Position numbers and translations under genes: made by a program
Assembly (NCBI RefSeq): GCF_001194135.2
Contig: NC_068988.1
Span: 85,147,437-85,211,436, forward strand
From: Octopus bimaculoides
Taxonomy: Eukaryota
DNA: 64,000 nt
Reading direction: 5' to 3'
The notes under the pieces: generated by a model
What the model was told of the DNA's origin: nothing
The model's database searches: none
Seen by the model: only the letters and a program-made list of their open reading frames with translations
In this document: piece by piece, positions 36,601-51,735 of the stretch
Layout of the letters: each line of letters opens with the position of its first letter
How positions within the stretch are numbered: position 1 is the stretch's first letter

Positions 36601-39600
36601 GATGAGGAAGAAAATATGTTCATTAATTTAGTATAGCCTCTCTCACTGTATCTACTAGCAGGTAGTGATGTTAAAGGAAGGGCAACTAATCCTTCATGGA
36701 AGGCCTGCAAATATCCACAAGCAAGCCTTTATTCTCCATGCCATCAATGTTCTCCAAGACAAATGACCAATAAAACTTGGTATTAGTGAAGCCAGAACAC
36801 ATATAACAAAGCATCCCATCCAATATCAAACAATTCTAGCAATCTACAATAACGGACTGGTATTTTATTGATTGATGTATGTATGTATGTATGCATGAAT
36901 GCATGCATGTATGTATGTATATATACATGTTCACATATATATATATCTGTAGTTTTCACTTTTATGTTTTTGAAATCAGTGTATGAGTTCAACGGATTTC
37001 TTATAAGCTGACAAGGTGTGTTGAGTTTAACCCTAGGTGTGGTAAGAGCCACTGATGAGAATTAAGATGCTCTGCATCAAAATTCAAAGTCACTGGTGAT
37101 TTGGCTATGTCCGCTAGGGAGCTTGTCTCCCTTGTCAGTCATTATGGTAGTGCTTCTGTGGCTATTGAGTTGTGTTGACTCTTATTTCTAGTAATACTGG
37201 TACTACGTAGTACCCTCTGTCACTTTAGTGACGTCTATAAATTTGCCTTTAGGTTCATCATCATCATCATCATCGTTTAACGTCCGCTTTCCATGCTAGC
37301 ATGGGTTGGACGATTTGACTGAGGACTGGTGAAACCGGATGGCAACACCAGGCTCCAGTCTGATTTGGCAGAGTTTCTACAGCTGGATGCCCTTCCTAAC
37401 GCCAACCACTCAGAGAGTGTAGTGGGTGCTTTTACGTGTCACCCGCACGAAAACGGCCACGCTCGAAATGGTGTCTTTTATGTGCCACCCGCACAAGCCA
37501 GTCCAGGGGCACTGGCAACGATCTCGCTCGAAAATCCTACAGGAGCCAGTCAGGCGGTACTGGCAACGGCCACGCTCAAAATGGTGNNNNNNNNNNNNNN
37601 NNNNNNNNNNNNNNNNNNNNNNNNNNNNNNNNNNNNNNNNNNNNNNNNNNNNNNNNNNNNNNNNNNNNNNNNNNNNNNNNNNNNNNNNNNNNNNNNNNNN
37701 NNNNNNNNNNNNNNNNNNNNNNNNNNNNNNNNNNNNNNNNNNNNNNNNNNNNNNNNNNNNNNNNNNNNNNNNNNNNNNNNNNNNNNNNNNNNNNNNNNNN
37801 NNNNNNNNNNNNNNNNNNNNNNNNNNNNNNNNNNNNNNNNNNNNNNNNNNNNNNNNNNNNNNNNNNNNNNNNNNNNNNNNNNNNNNNNNNNNNNNNNNNN
37901 NNNNNNNNNNNNNNNNNNNNNNNNNNNNNNNNNNNNNNNNNNNNNNNNNNNNNNNNNNNNNNNNNNNNNNNNNNNNNNNNNNNNNNNNNNNNNNNNNNNN
38001 NNNNNNNNNNNNNNNNNNNNNNNNNNNNNNNNNNNNNNNNNNNNNNNNNNNNNNNNNNNNNNNNNNNNNNNNNNNNNNNNNNNNNNNNNNNNNNNNNNNN
38101 NNNNNNNNNNNNNNNNNNNNNNNNNNNNNNNNNNNNNNNNNNNNNNNNNNNNNNNNNNNNNNNNNNNNNNNNNNNNNNNNNNNNNNNNNNNNNNNNNNNN
38201 NNNNNNNNNNNNNNNNNNNNNNNCCCTTTGTCGCCAGCAGGGGTAAGAGCTCTCTAAACTTTGCCCAGGCTATTCTTATTCTAGCAGCTACACTTTCAGC
38301 GCACCCACCCCCACTACTAACTTGGTCGCCCAGATAGCGGAAGCTATCGACTACCTCTAGTTTTTCACCCTGGAATGAGATAGAAGTTGTTTCCTGTTTG
38401 TTTGCAGTCTTTATTGCACCTGAACATCTGCCACAAACAAAAACTAACTTGCTAGTTAACCTGCCTTTGATGTTGCTGCACCTCTTATGTGTCCATAGCT
38501 TGCACCGGGTACATCTTATAGAGTTACTACCTACTCCTTTTCTACATACTGAGCAGGGCCATCTGTTAAATAAATATCCATATATGTACGTGAAAACTAC
38601 AAATAATATGTTTTCACATACATATGTAGATATTTATGCATCAACATCATCGTTTAACATTCGTTTTCCATGCTGGCATGAGTTGGATGGTTTGACAGCA
38701 ACTAGCAAGCTGCAGGTCTGCTTTGAGCTCTAATGTCATCTTTGGCATGATTTCTACAATTTGATGCTCTTTCTAATGCCAACCACTTTACAGAGTCTAC
38801 TGGGTGCTTTTTTTTTAGGTAAAGCAACCAGTACTAATGTGATTGCCATGTAACCGGGAAGGAAATGGAAAAGCTCCCACCTAAGAAGTATTTGAGAGAT
38901 GAAGGTGAAAGTGGGAGGCTGTATTCCAGGTATTGAAAGTCTAAAGTATGATAGAGGGACAAGCACAAGTCTCTTGCTATAGAGGAGATACATGGCTGAT
39001 GGAGATAAGAGGAAAGTAGCAAAGGGGCTAAAACAAACTTTCAAGGAATAAGTATAAGGTGAATATAAGAGAGAACATGGACAGTGGGTGTTGCCATCCG
39101 GTTTCACCAGTCCTCAGTCAAATCGTCCAACCCATGCTAGCATGNNNNNNNNNNAAATAACGGTCATGGATGCTCAATGAACAAAACAAATGAATTTAAT
39201 ATAGATTCATCCTATTTTAAAAGTAACGAAGAAAACCTTAAATAGAAAAATGGGCTCAAAATACATATTGTAAATAATTAATTATATTCGAATTAACACA
39301 TTAAAATCAAATCAAATAAAATAAAATATATGCTGCATTCAAAATAAAATAAAATTACAATAGTATATACGCATACTATAATGTATTCACCCTTGTTGTT
39401 TACAACTTCTTCCCAATGTTCAACAAGATTTTCAATACCTCGTTGGTAGAAATCACCCGATTTTGACTTGAAAAATTGATCAAACCAAGCTCTCAATTCT
39501 GCATTAGTATTGAACGAAACTCCACACATAGCATTTTAAAGAGATTGAAAAAGGTGGAAATCTGATGGTGCCAAATCAGGAGAGTACGGTGGGTGTGGCA

Positions 39601-40781
39601 GCACTCCCCAGCCATGCGTTTGAATGGCTTCCATGGTCATATTGGTGATATGAGGGCGGGCGTTGTGCAGCAGAAGAACTCCATGCTGACGATTAGGCCT
39701 TTTCTCTTGAATAGCTGTGTTGAGTTGTTCCATCTGTTGAACATAGAGTTCCGTGTTGACCGTTTGGTTCCGTTCAAGCAATTCGTAATGGATAATCCCT
39801 TCTCAGTCCCACCATATGCACAACATCGTTTTACGCAGATGATCTTGTTTCATGTACAGTATCGCTTGTTTACCGGGGCTAAACCATTCCTTACGCTGCT
39901 TCATATTGATATACAGGCACCGTTTTTCATTGCCAGTAACGATTCGGTAAAAAAATTGTTGCTTGTGTCCATGAGTTGAGCGGTGACGAGCAAGCAAACC
40001 AGTGGAGATGTGGCTCGGTGATTTTTGTTGGTGTCACTTAAAGCATGCAGAACCCATGCTCCATACTTCTGAACCTTTCCCAACGAGTAAAGATGCTTCT
40101 CTGTAGCAGTGTGGGAGCATTCCATTTTCTCTGCCAGTTCCCTTGTCGTATGACGAGAATTTTTGTGCAAAAGTTGGTTTAATCGCTCTTCATTGAACTC
40201 AACTGGACAGCCAGAATGAGGTGCGTCTTTAAGGTCAAAATTTCCATTTTTGAACTTGGCATACCAATCACGAGCGGTTCTTCCAGCTATGGCACCCTCT
40301 CCATACACAGCACAAATGTCACGAGCAGCTTTTGNNNNNNNNNNNNNNNNNNNNNNNNNNNNNNNNNNNNNNNNNNNNNNNNNNNNNNNNNNNNNNNNNN
40401 NNNNNNNNNNNNNNNNNNNNNNNNNNNNNNNNNNNNNNNNNNNNNNNNNNNNNNNNNNNNNNNNNNNNNNNNNNNNNNNNNNNNNNNNNNNNNNNNNNNN
40501 NNNNNNNNNNNNNNNNNNNNNNNNNNNNNNNNNNNNNNNNNNNNNNNNNNNNNNNNNNNNNNNAAAAAGAAGGTGTCGAAAATGCTAATTTTTCTTAACT
40601 TGACATTGCATTTTAATGATCTGAAAATAAACAAAAATTAACTAAAATTAACTAGAAAAAAATAAAATAGATTCCAAAATGATTCAAAAATAGAATTCTC
40701 GACAAAAATAAAATTCCAAAATTTAAAAACGCAATAAATTCCAAAATTTAATAAAACGGCGGGAACTTAGTTGCCAACCCA

Positions 40782-40816
<35 letters not shown>

Positions 40817-42391
40817 AACACATCTGTAAAGTCTTTAAAAAAGGAGGGTGTATCAAAAAGCTTAATGGTAGATATACAAAATAGCAAAGATAATAGCAGG
40901 AATGCTTTTACTCATAGGTCTGCTTGGACTGGACTGGCCTAGGGCTAAACAACAACATCATGGTCTTTATCATTTCCACATTTATTTAGTGCATGTTTCC
41001 ATGTGGACACAGGTCGAATAAGTCTACAGAACAACATTACAGTAAGAATTTGAGAAATAGATAAAATAAACTTCCATTACCAGCCGATATATTTGTCACA
41101 GTACTCTCAGAATTTTTCAACTCCCCCTCCTTGTAGTTCAGGTTTTCTTTCATGTTTTCTAATTGATCCCCGGAAGGTAAATTGAAGGAAGATCGGTTGA
41201 TATTCTGGAACCCAAATGAAAAATAAAAGAACAATTAAAATCAAGACCAAAATTATATTTCAGCATGCCTAGTAATAGCCAACATCATCAGCATCATCAT
41301 CAGCTGCAGCATTCTTTTAATGATCATTTTTCCAGCATTCATGTGTCAGACAGAATTTGTAGAGGCAGATTTTTTTTTGACTAGATGCCGTTCATCATCA
41401 TCATCATCATCATCGTTTAACGTCCACTTTCCATGCTAGCATGGGTTGGACGATTTGACTGAGGACTAGCAAGCCAGAAGGCTGCACCAGGCTCCAATCT
41501 GATCTGGCAGAGTTTCTACAGCTGGATGCCCTTCCTAACGCCAACCACTCTGAGAGTGTAGTGGGTGCTTTTTACGTGCCACCAGCACAAAGGCCAGTCA
41601 GGCGGTACTGGCAACAGCCACGCTCGAAATGGGGCATTTTACGTGCCACCTGCACAGGAGCCAGTCCAGTGGCACTGGCAATGATCTCACTCGAATATCT
41701 TTACACGTGCCAGGAAGGCGACGCTGGGCACAGGTGCCATCATGATTTCGCTTCTTGTAACTAATTCTCATCTCGCCTGTTTCCAAGTAAAGAAATATTT
41801 CCGCATGACCAGACATGATTTCATGAATGACTGGATACAAATGATACCACTTGTATGGCAATAACACCTGCTTACAACTATTATGTAATGTCTAGACAAG
41901 GAGACTAACATATCCACACACACACACACATACATACATACATACATACAACTATGAGATCAGAAGGAATGGTATAAAAGACCTAATGAATTTTAATACT
42001 AGCTCTTATTTTACTGACCCCGGAAGTATAAAAAGTAAGTTGACTTTTGTGGGATTTGAACAAGTAACATAAATGGAACTAACTTCATAAACCAAAGAAT
42101 TTTGTTTAGGGCCCTATTGAACGTTTATCAGTTTTTAAATGATATTATGATTTCTAAAGTAAATATAATAATAATTTTTGAATATATACTGCCAAGATAG
42201 TATGGTGCTTCAAGTAGTAGTAGTAGTAACAAGTTCTATGTTTTGATGTAAAAAGAACGTAAGCTTTTAATGTAAATACAATAAAATTTATGGCAAATTA
42301 CAAACAAGAATATTTCTATAAACTTACCTGGCTGATCTTTTCCAATAAATTAACAATGTTCACCTGGGCTCTGTTAATTGCTGACTAGAAC

Positions 42392-42429
<38 letters not shown>

Positions 42430-42614
42430 AACACCAGGACTTACAAATATATATAACATACAGAAAATTGCACTACTGGGCACTGCACACATCCTACGCA
42501 AAACACTTTCAATACAGTAACCATAAGAGCATCACAGCAAACCACAGCACATACCCAAGGCACACAGAGCTGTGCTCGGTAGTGAAGTGAAAGCACGTTA
42601 TAAAAATAAAACTA

Positions 42615-42649
<35 letters not shown>

Positions 42650-45600
42650 TGATGATGATGATGATGATGATTTCTTTTATTTGCCACCAAGGTGAAGGTT
42701 GAGGGGGACAATACAGAGACAAACATAAAGTGTGGGGGTTTACATATAAGGGAAAAGAAAAAGTATACATTAAAAGAAGGGAAGTGTACATAGTATATGG
42801 CACTAGAAGAAGAAAAGAAAAAAGTGATAGTGATGGGGTCCTCCTGATACAGGAGGGCCTCCAGTGATAATCGAGGAACCCCACCATCCAAGATCACCCT
42901 GAATACTAAGGACAAGTGCCCTCTCCAAATCCCTTTCTTCCGACTCACAGGTCTACACTGAAAGTGGTACCATCCACTCTTGCCATTTTCAAAACTTACA
43001 CTTACCTTTTGATAAATTCACTCAAGGACAACACCTCCCTCTCCATCCTCACTTTCCTTTTCAAGTGAAACTTGAAAAAGTCAATCAGAGCTTTATTAAA
43101 CAGGAATGTTTCTGTCCTCATTCCTTTCAGCCTTGTCGACCAGACAACCTCTTTCGCCACAGCCACCAGGCAAAGAAAAACTGCCTGGCCTGCCCGATTA
43201 AAGGAGGGCGGCAGGGCAATCAGCATTATGAACTTGGCTGAGAGAGAGATCCATCCCACAAACGACAGCAACTGTTCAACATAACTCCATATATCAGCAA
43301 TACCTGGACACTGAACGAATGCATGCAGAATGGTTTTGTTGTTCTGCTAGCGCCTTGGAAAGCTTGTCTGACAGCACATCCATGCCTGTAGAGTTTATCT
43401 TGAACCGGTAGCGCCCCCTTCCCCACTCTAGTAGCACTGCCAGGCCAAAGACATATGGAAATTACCCATAATAGTCCCCGACCAGAAATTCCTCTTGAAA
43501 AGACTTGCCAGTTTGTCTTTTTTGATGCCTAGGGTATTCTCGAGGACATCACACTTCCCTGCTACTAATCCTCTGTATATAGCTAAAGTGGAACATCCCG
43601 ATTTATAGAGGACAATGAGCAACTCAGCCTATCCTTTACCCAGGATGGCAGCTGCGGAAAGGCATAGCTCACAAATGGAACCCACACACATTCACCTTCT
43701 AGAAATTGTTGCAGGTGGCACAACCTGAGTGCATGTCTGTGCAACAAAAGCCATGGCATGCCTAAGCTACCACACAGAAGGAGTTGGCAACAGACTGACA
43801 GGGTGACCATTGGAACATGTCCCTTCCAAAATTTATGCTACTACATGAGGAGAGCAAGGACTGTGCTCATGCACCATTTTCTCTTTATAGCTGACCTGAA
43901 ATAGCATGGTGGGAATGGTCCCAAGCTTGTAAATCTTTTCAGTATTGTTCAAGTTTTCTTCCTGTTTCTTAATAATTGAGTTTGGAAGAAGTTTGCAGGC
44001 TTTCTGAGATCAGGAAGCTCAATGCCATTGATGCTCTATTTTGACTGTTACAGGTCAACAACTATAAGAAAGACATGAGTAGAGAGAAGGTTCCAGAGGA
44101 CTGATGTTTTGAGGACAAAGGATTAGATATAATGGTTAGTGTGGGGCTGAGGGAGTTGGAGGCAGCAAGAGTGATGAAAGCAAGAAAGAGCAGGGCCTTA
44201 GGAGTGCATGAGTGGTGAAGGTACAACATCAGCAAATTCTGAGGAACAGTGGCCATTATAGTAGCAATAGAAAAGACAGAAAGGCGAGACACCACACCTG
44301 TGGACCAGAGGCTAGAGTACATCTGTTAGTGATTGAATACCAATTAATTAAGTGGTCCTTCCCTGGATGCGGCCCAGAATATTTGTGTGCATAGTAGCAG
44401 CAATGTCCTAGATGTGGGAGCAGTATTTCATAATAAACATTACTTGAGCCTTGTAAAGTGTCAGCAGTTGTTAGGAGTTGAAATATTTGCTGGCTCTAGA
44501 GAGAAGAGCCAATCTTTGGGATGTGATCCTAGCTATGTTAAGGATGTGCTTTTGCTAGGAAAGATCCCTGGTAATAAGGCTCAGCATTTGGTGTGATTAC
44601 AAGGTCTCTAATTGAGTGCAGTTCATGTTTAGAGGAGGCAAGATGTGATCATGTTTCTTGACGGGAAATAGTGCTTGAGTTTTTTTGCTGTTAAATGAAA
44701 TAAAGTTGGTATGGATCCACTGAAAGACTTTCTCAAGGTCTCTGGGGATAAAATCAAAGTAGGTTTGTTGTATGGTGTCTAGGTTGTGTGTGGATGATGC
44801 ATAGTTGTAAGTTAAGGAAGAATGAAGGGTCATGTAGTCTGCATAAAAGTGGTGCAGGATATGGTGATAAGTAGATCAACGATTTATAGAAAGAAGAGAG
44901 GAGGGGACAAATTCAAACCGTGGGGAACTCTATCAACATCATATGCTGTGATGATGAAGTCAGATAGGCAGCTACTGAACCAAGAGATGAACGATAGGTG
45001 GGACCTGTAGGTAGAAAGTTTCGAAAGATGATTTGCATGCCAGACGCAATCAGGAAACTTTGTTAAGTTAATCTGGTAGGTGTTGGTTAAAAACAACAGT
45101 TTGTTATTTCCTATTACAAAGAAGGCATTGCAGTGAGAGGCTCCAACAATTTAACTGGATTTTCAACATTAAAAAAAGTAAACAACAACAAAAAAAAAAC
45201 TCATACCTGTTCATGTTGTTTATTCTGTTCAAAATTTTGTATAAATTCTGTAAAAATATACAAATGAAGGTTTGTGATAAAGGAATTAAGAATTATTAAA
45301 ACATCTCTGTATTGTCACTCTCTCACTCACTCTTTTGGTGCCCCTCAGTTATAGGGGCCACTTTAGGTCCTTAGATGTAGAAGTTATGAGGTGATCATCA
45401 CTAGTGCTGGTGCCATGAAAAAAGCACTCAGTAAACCCTGTAAAGTAATTGGTCTTTATGGAGAAAACATGCCAATGCAGACATCAGTATATGATGTAGT
45501 CCTTTGACTTGGTTAAGGTTTAGGTCATACATTAACTCTTTTGGAACCATATTTGTAATGAAACACATAACTGACAGTTTTCAATTAATTTTGAAAATAA

Positions 45601-47258
45601 TCAAGAATTCAGAAAAATTTGGAGTGAAACTGGCGGGAATGTCTTTGCTATCGATTTCTGATGCAGGCACTAAGCCTCAATTTTGTGGGGTGATCTGTAT
45701 AATTGATTAAGTTAACCCTACTACTTGACAGGCACTTTAAAATAAAGTACCCAGAAAGATGAAAAGCACAGGTGATCTCAGCAGGTTTTGAACACTTTTC
45801 CTATATAAAAAATTATGTGGAATGTATTAATTACAATATGGTCATTTTAAAATAAAATTCTTTTTTTTTTGTATCATAAAACCAAAGGTGGTTTCAGGTG
45901 GGTTGGAATGAGAAAGGTTAAAAAAATAGCATATTTTCAATTCTTAGTAGATCACATACATATTCAATTCTCACACTTACTTTGTTGGCTGTACTTTTTG
46001 TCTTTTTTTGTGAATAACATAAGGAAATCTTTCTGATTATTCATTGTGGAGTCAGCTTGACATTATCAAACAAGCAAAACATGAGCTAATATAAGAATGG
46101 CTATTTTGTCAAGTGACTTACTAGAAATATAAAAAAAAAACATCACTCAAATCACATCTTACTGTTGTAAAAAAGAGAAAAAACACATTAGATAATGTAG
46201 TCTTAGAATTACTCTATTTGAATAAGAGATGAGGTGGTCACGGTTAAAGAGTTTTTGTTCATAGGTCTGCTGTTCAGGGCTGACCTGAGCTAAGCAACAA
46301 CAAAAACAATAACAAGAAACAACAAAACTTATGCAAAACCACACAATATATAGTCGTAACAAGGCTCCTATGGAGTTTTGAGTCACTACAGTCAAGTTTC
46401 CCAGCTCAGCAGACACAGTGGCTTTAACAAAATTATGTCATCTGTTGATTTAATGCCTGTTTTTCCCTGTTATCTTGGGCTGAATGGGGACATATTTGAC
46501 ACAGATTCTATGGTCAGATGTTCTTCCAGTTGCCAGTCCTTAACTCTTTCTTAAATAAGGGATTTTTTTTCATATATTATGTATTAGCAACAGAAGCAGT
46601 ATTAATACCGAGAGGTAATATCTATTCCCACTTAAATGTGGATGTTCTCAGTGCTGGAGTTGGTGGAGGTTTATCTCCCCACTGCTGATATAAACAAACA
46701 AGTGTGGATTCTGCAACAAAAGCCTATATGAGAGTTTCTCTCATGGTATCTACAGCAGTAAAGTTTGTTCTAACAGAATGTCTACATTTAAGTGGGAATA
46801 AATATTTGAATATTTTTCTTTTCTTTCTAAAAGTCTTCGGAAGTCCAGATTGACCAACAAACAGTGCAAACATCATACCACCATTTCACTCAGGGGAAAA
46901 AAACCCATGGAATATTCATACACAACACACACATACACACAAATGAATGTCTGTTTTTCTGTGTGTCTGTATGCACATATATGTGCACACATACACATGC
47001 GCACAGACCCCCACTCTCTCTCTCTTTCTCACACAACTTGTACAACTAGGCTGAACAAGCCAATGGCTTGAAGTCCTAGTTAACTTTATCTTCACAATAA
47101 ATTTGACTACACTACACCATCAATTCCTAGGGATATGTGAAGAAGGAATTTTATTCCGAAATATCACATCAGACTATGGATAATTAAATTACAACAGTTA
47201 TTATAGTCCATTTTTTTTGTATTATAGTGCATTGTTGTGTCATTCAAAACATTTTATT

Positions 47259-47309
<51 letters not shown>

Positions 47310-50300
47310 GTCCACTATGCTGAGTGGTTGGTGCTAGGAAGGGCATCCAGCTGTAAAAATCCTGCCAAAACAGTTACAGAAGTCTGGTGCAGGCTTTTGC
47401 CTGGCTGGCTCCTTTCAAACTGTCCCAACCATGTCAGCATGGAAGGTGGACATTAAATGATGATGATGATATTAGGTTAGTTCAGATATATTTATCACAT
47501 ATTTTAACTTCAAAAGGCAATTTTCACTGTAGTTTACTGTGGAGAGAAATTCTTGCTTATGGTAGAAGATGTAAAATCATCTTATCTGCTCAGTGTTGTC
47601 CTCTATCAGACACCTGGATGCATTTCTGGCTCTTTATCCTTCCTCAGTAAGAGATACCAAAGAGAGATAAACCTGAGCAGATTAGAAAGCCATAGCTTTG
47701 ATAATTTCAGCTGCCTTCAATGAATGCAAATTACAATATTTAGATCATGAAAGTGAGGAAAAGAAAAAAAAAAATCATAGCTTTTGAAAGGAGATATTAT
47801 AGAAATATCTTTTATATTCCATTTTCTTAGTAATGAGGAGTATCTTACCATCAATAACAGCTTCTTTTTTCTTGAGCTTTTGATATTTCAGGAAGCCTTC
47901 GCCTGAAACAAAGAAACATGCATATATAAATATACACATGTATATAAAAGGAGTTACTCTATACATACATAATACACACACATATACACTGTCCATTAAG
48001 AAAAAGAATAACAAAAGGAACTTAAAATATTTCTTTTTCATATTTGGTTTGTAAGATTCTTGATGTGAAATCATGTGTTGAAACAGATTTTGTTCTATCT
48101 TTGGAGATTCATTATGTCGATAATGAACACATGCGCTGGCTCTATTTCACTTTTATTATTATTAGTCAACTAATTAACCATTTAACAAACTGACTAATTG
48201 ATTGTTTGATTAATCATTCAATCAATCAATCAGTCAACAGGCTAGATGTGTCAGAGTTCTTTCATCACCATTTATCACCAAAAACATGCTCTTGCTACTT
48301 CAGGTCTGTCGGTCCCCTATGCAAATAGCGATGAAAAGACTCTGATGAATCTAGCTTATTGATTGATTGATTGATGACTGAATGATTAATCAAGTAATCA
48401 ATTAGTTAATTAGTGAAACGGTTAACTAATAATAAAAAAATAAAAATAAAACAGAACCAGTGCAAGTGTTTTTTATTGGCACAATGACCCTCCTCCCAAG
48501 CTACAATAAAAGAATTAGCAACAAAAGATAAAAACCAAAAAAGAAAAAAAGTAACAACATTTAATAAAAACTCAAGTAAAATATTTAGCTGTATAATCTT
48601 AGGTATAGACTTACTCTGGCTTTCTTGAATGTCAGCTTCCAGTTGCTGCAGGTCGTCTTGTTGTCGTTCATAGTCATTGTGTAGAGAATTCAGTCTGATA
48701 ATAGAATGACAAAAAGTTAGTTACAAAGTATTAAAATATAAGACCTCCTTTCTATATCNNNNNNNNNNNNNNNNNNNNNNNNNNNNNNNNNNNNNNNNNN
48801 NNNNNNNNNNNNNNNNNNNNNNNNNNNNNNNNNNNNNNNNNNNNNNNNNNNNNNNNNNCTTGACACCAGTGATGTCACAACTCATTTCTACAGCTGAGTG
48901 AACTGGAGTAATGGGAAATTAAGTGCCTTGCTCAAGAACACAATGCATGGCCCAGCCTGGGAATTGAACACGTTACCTCATGATTGTGAGCCTAATGCTC
49001 TAACTGCTGAGCCATGATCATCAGAAAATTCTCTGTAAGGCCACATCTACTGAAAATCTTTCTTTACATTCTTATATCTAGCAACCTTTTATAATGATCA
49101 TGCATATGTAACAAACCAAAAATTGTATAACAAAGAATAGTCTATAAAATACCTCTGCCCTGATTAGTTGATAACCCATAAGAAAACTTAAGTGAAAACT
49201 TAATACTACACTACAGAATTGATCATGAATCTGGGATACTGCTGCTGCATTTTCTTCTACATGCCTTTTCTATATCTAGGACAAAGACCTCTGTTTCTTT
49301 GAACTATAAGCTGTCATCTACCTCTGCTATGATACGAGTATATCATATGGGCCTCATCACCTCTGTTGTGTATCAGTTCCTTTAATCTTAAACACTTTCT
49401 CAATTCTTTTCCTCAGAATTCATATCTACTGTAAGCTCTTCTCTCTTCATATTAATGTTTAGCTTTGGCTCAGCCTTGATTGAACAGATATTTGAACAAA
49501 AGTATTCCAGTCATGTTCTCACACTCATTTTGTACATCTGGATCTACATTGTTTAAAATGGAATTCTTTATTTAAAATACTAGAGTGTGATTTCAGAGAG
49601 TTTGGGCCATAAATCCCAGCAGGTTGAGCAATTGTGTAAAGGCTTCCCCACTCATGGTTTACCTGCAGGGATCATTATACAAAAGTCAATCACACAAGTT
49701 TGGTTATATAAACACTATACGATAAGCCTGGTCATACAACCAAACTACCATAAGTCTGGTCTGTGAACTGTTCATGTCAGATCTACGCCTTAGCTCATTG
49801 TATAATATTTGGCTGCACTCAAACTGTTACATTAATGTGTTGGGTATGTGTGAGATGTATCACGTGTTCCAGAATGGTCAGAGACAAATGTTTGATGACA
49901 GTGAAAAAAGAGTGATAAAGATCTCTAAACTAAAGACACTTACTGAATGAAGTGATAGAATTCCGAACGTTAGTTGATTAGCAGGAATGATTACACCTTT
50001 TTAAAAAATACTTCTTGTGAATAATCTACTTGAAAAATTTACTTTTAATAAATAAATAACTCATTTTCCCAGGAAGTCACTTTACATATATTCAACTGCA
50101 CAATGAAAAGTTAGTAGTTCTGAGAAATCACCCACATGGTAAACAAAAGTCAAATGCTGACCTTCATATAAGTATTCTAAGTAAACTGTGATAATGGACA
50201 ATTAAATTTTACTAGACACCACTTAACATAACTTCAGTATATTTCTTGTTAATTCTAAATCTGAGTTAAAACTTTCTAACTTTACAACTGTATACTACTA

Positions 50301-51203
50301 CAGCACTAAACTGAAAGTAAGACCATGGAATTAGTACAGCACTGGAGTTGTTGTTATCCTCTAGACCATATTTATAATGTGTTGGGTATGTGTGAGATGT
50401 ATCACGTTCCAGAATGACCAGAAACAAATGTTGAGAATTAAGTGCCTCTTGACTATGGATGTGATAAAGTTCCAGTGAGAATCATGACTAATTGCATGGC
50501 AGACATTCTGTTTATAAATAAGTGAAATAACAATAGGTGTAGGCATGGCTGTATGGTTTGGAAGTTTGCTTTGCAACCACATGAATTTGAGTTCAATCCC
50601 ACTGAGAAGCAATTATGACAAATATCTTCCACTATAGCCCTGAGCTGACCAATGTCTTGCAAGGGAATTTGGTAGATGGAAACTGTGTGCTGTGAATATA
50701 TACATACATGCATGTGTATGTTTGTATGTATGTTATACACACACACACACACACTTGTATGTATGCATTTATCTTTCATCGTTTATCTTTTACTTGTTTC
50801 AGTCATTCGACTGAAGCCATGCTGGGGCACTGCCATGAAGAATTTTTTCAGTCAAATGAATCAACCCCAGCACTTATTTTTTTTTTAAGCCTGGTAGTTA
50901 TTTTATTGATCTCTTTTGCTGAACTGGTAAGTTACGGGGATGTAAATACACCAACACTAGTTGCCAAGTGGTCAAGGGGGACAAAGATACACTCATAGAC
51001 AAACACACACACACACACACACATGACAGTCTTCTTTCAGTTTCTGTCAACCAAATCCACTCACAAAGCTTTGGCTGGCCTGAAGCCATAGTAGAAGACA
51101 CTTTGCCCAAGGTGCCACACATTGGGACTGAACCTGGAACCATGTGTTTGGGAAGAAAGCTTCTTATCACACAGCCACGCCTGTGCCTATACATGTATGT
51201 GTA

Positions 51204-51255
<52 letters not shown>

Positions 51256-51692
51256 AGTGACTGAACCTTTGGCAATATACCATGTTTGAGAAGACCCATC
51301 AAGCCAAGTGAAATAGTGAAATTGTAGTTGTGGCTTATGCCAGTGTCGCATACCTGGCACCCATGCTGGTGTCATGTAAAATGCACCCTTCAAACGTTGG
51401 GCCTCACAGAGGGAGTGAGAAGTGACTGAGACCTTTGGTAATATACTGTGTTTGAGAAAACCTGTCAAACCAAGTGAGATCATAGTCACAGCTGATGCCA
51501 GTGTTTTGTAAGTGGCACCTGTGCCTGTGGCATGTAAAAAGCACCCACTTACACTCTTGGAGTGGTTGGCATTAGGAACGGTATCCAGCTGTAAAAACGA
51601 TGCCACATCAGGAAACCTGGTATAGCTCCCCAGTTTTCAATCACTGTCCAACCCATGCCAACATGGAAAACGGACATTAAATGATGATAATG

Positions 51693-51735
<43 letters not shown>

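Noticed and set aside
45981-46033. Exon-like segment with gtaagt donor between IFT74 exons
   Set aside because: No IFT74 similarity in any frame, and the flanking real exons already join in phase
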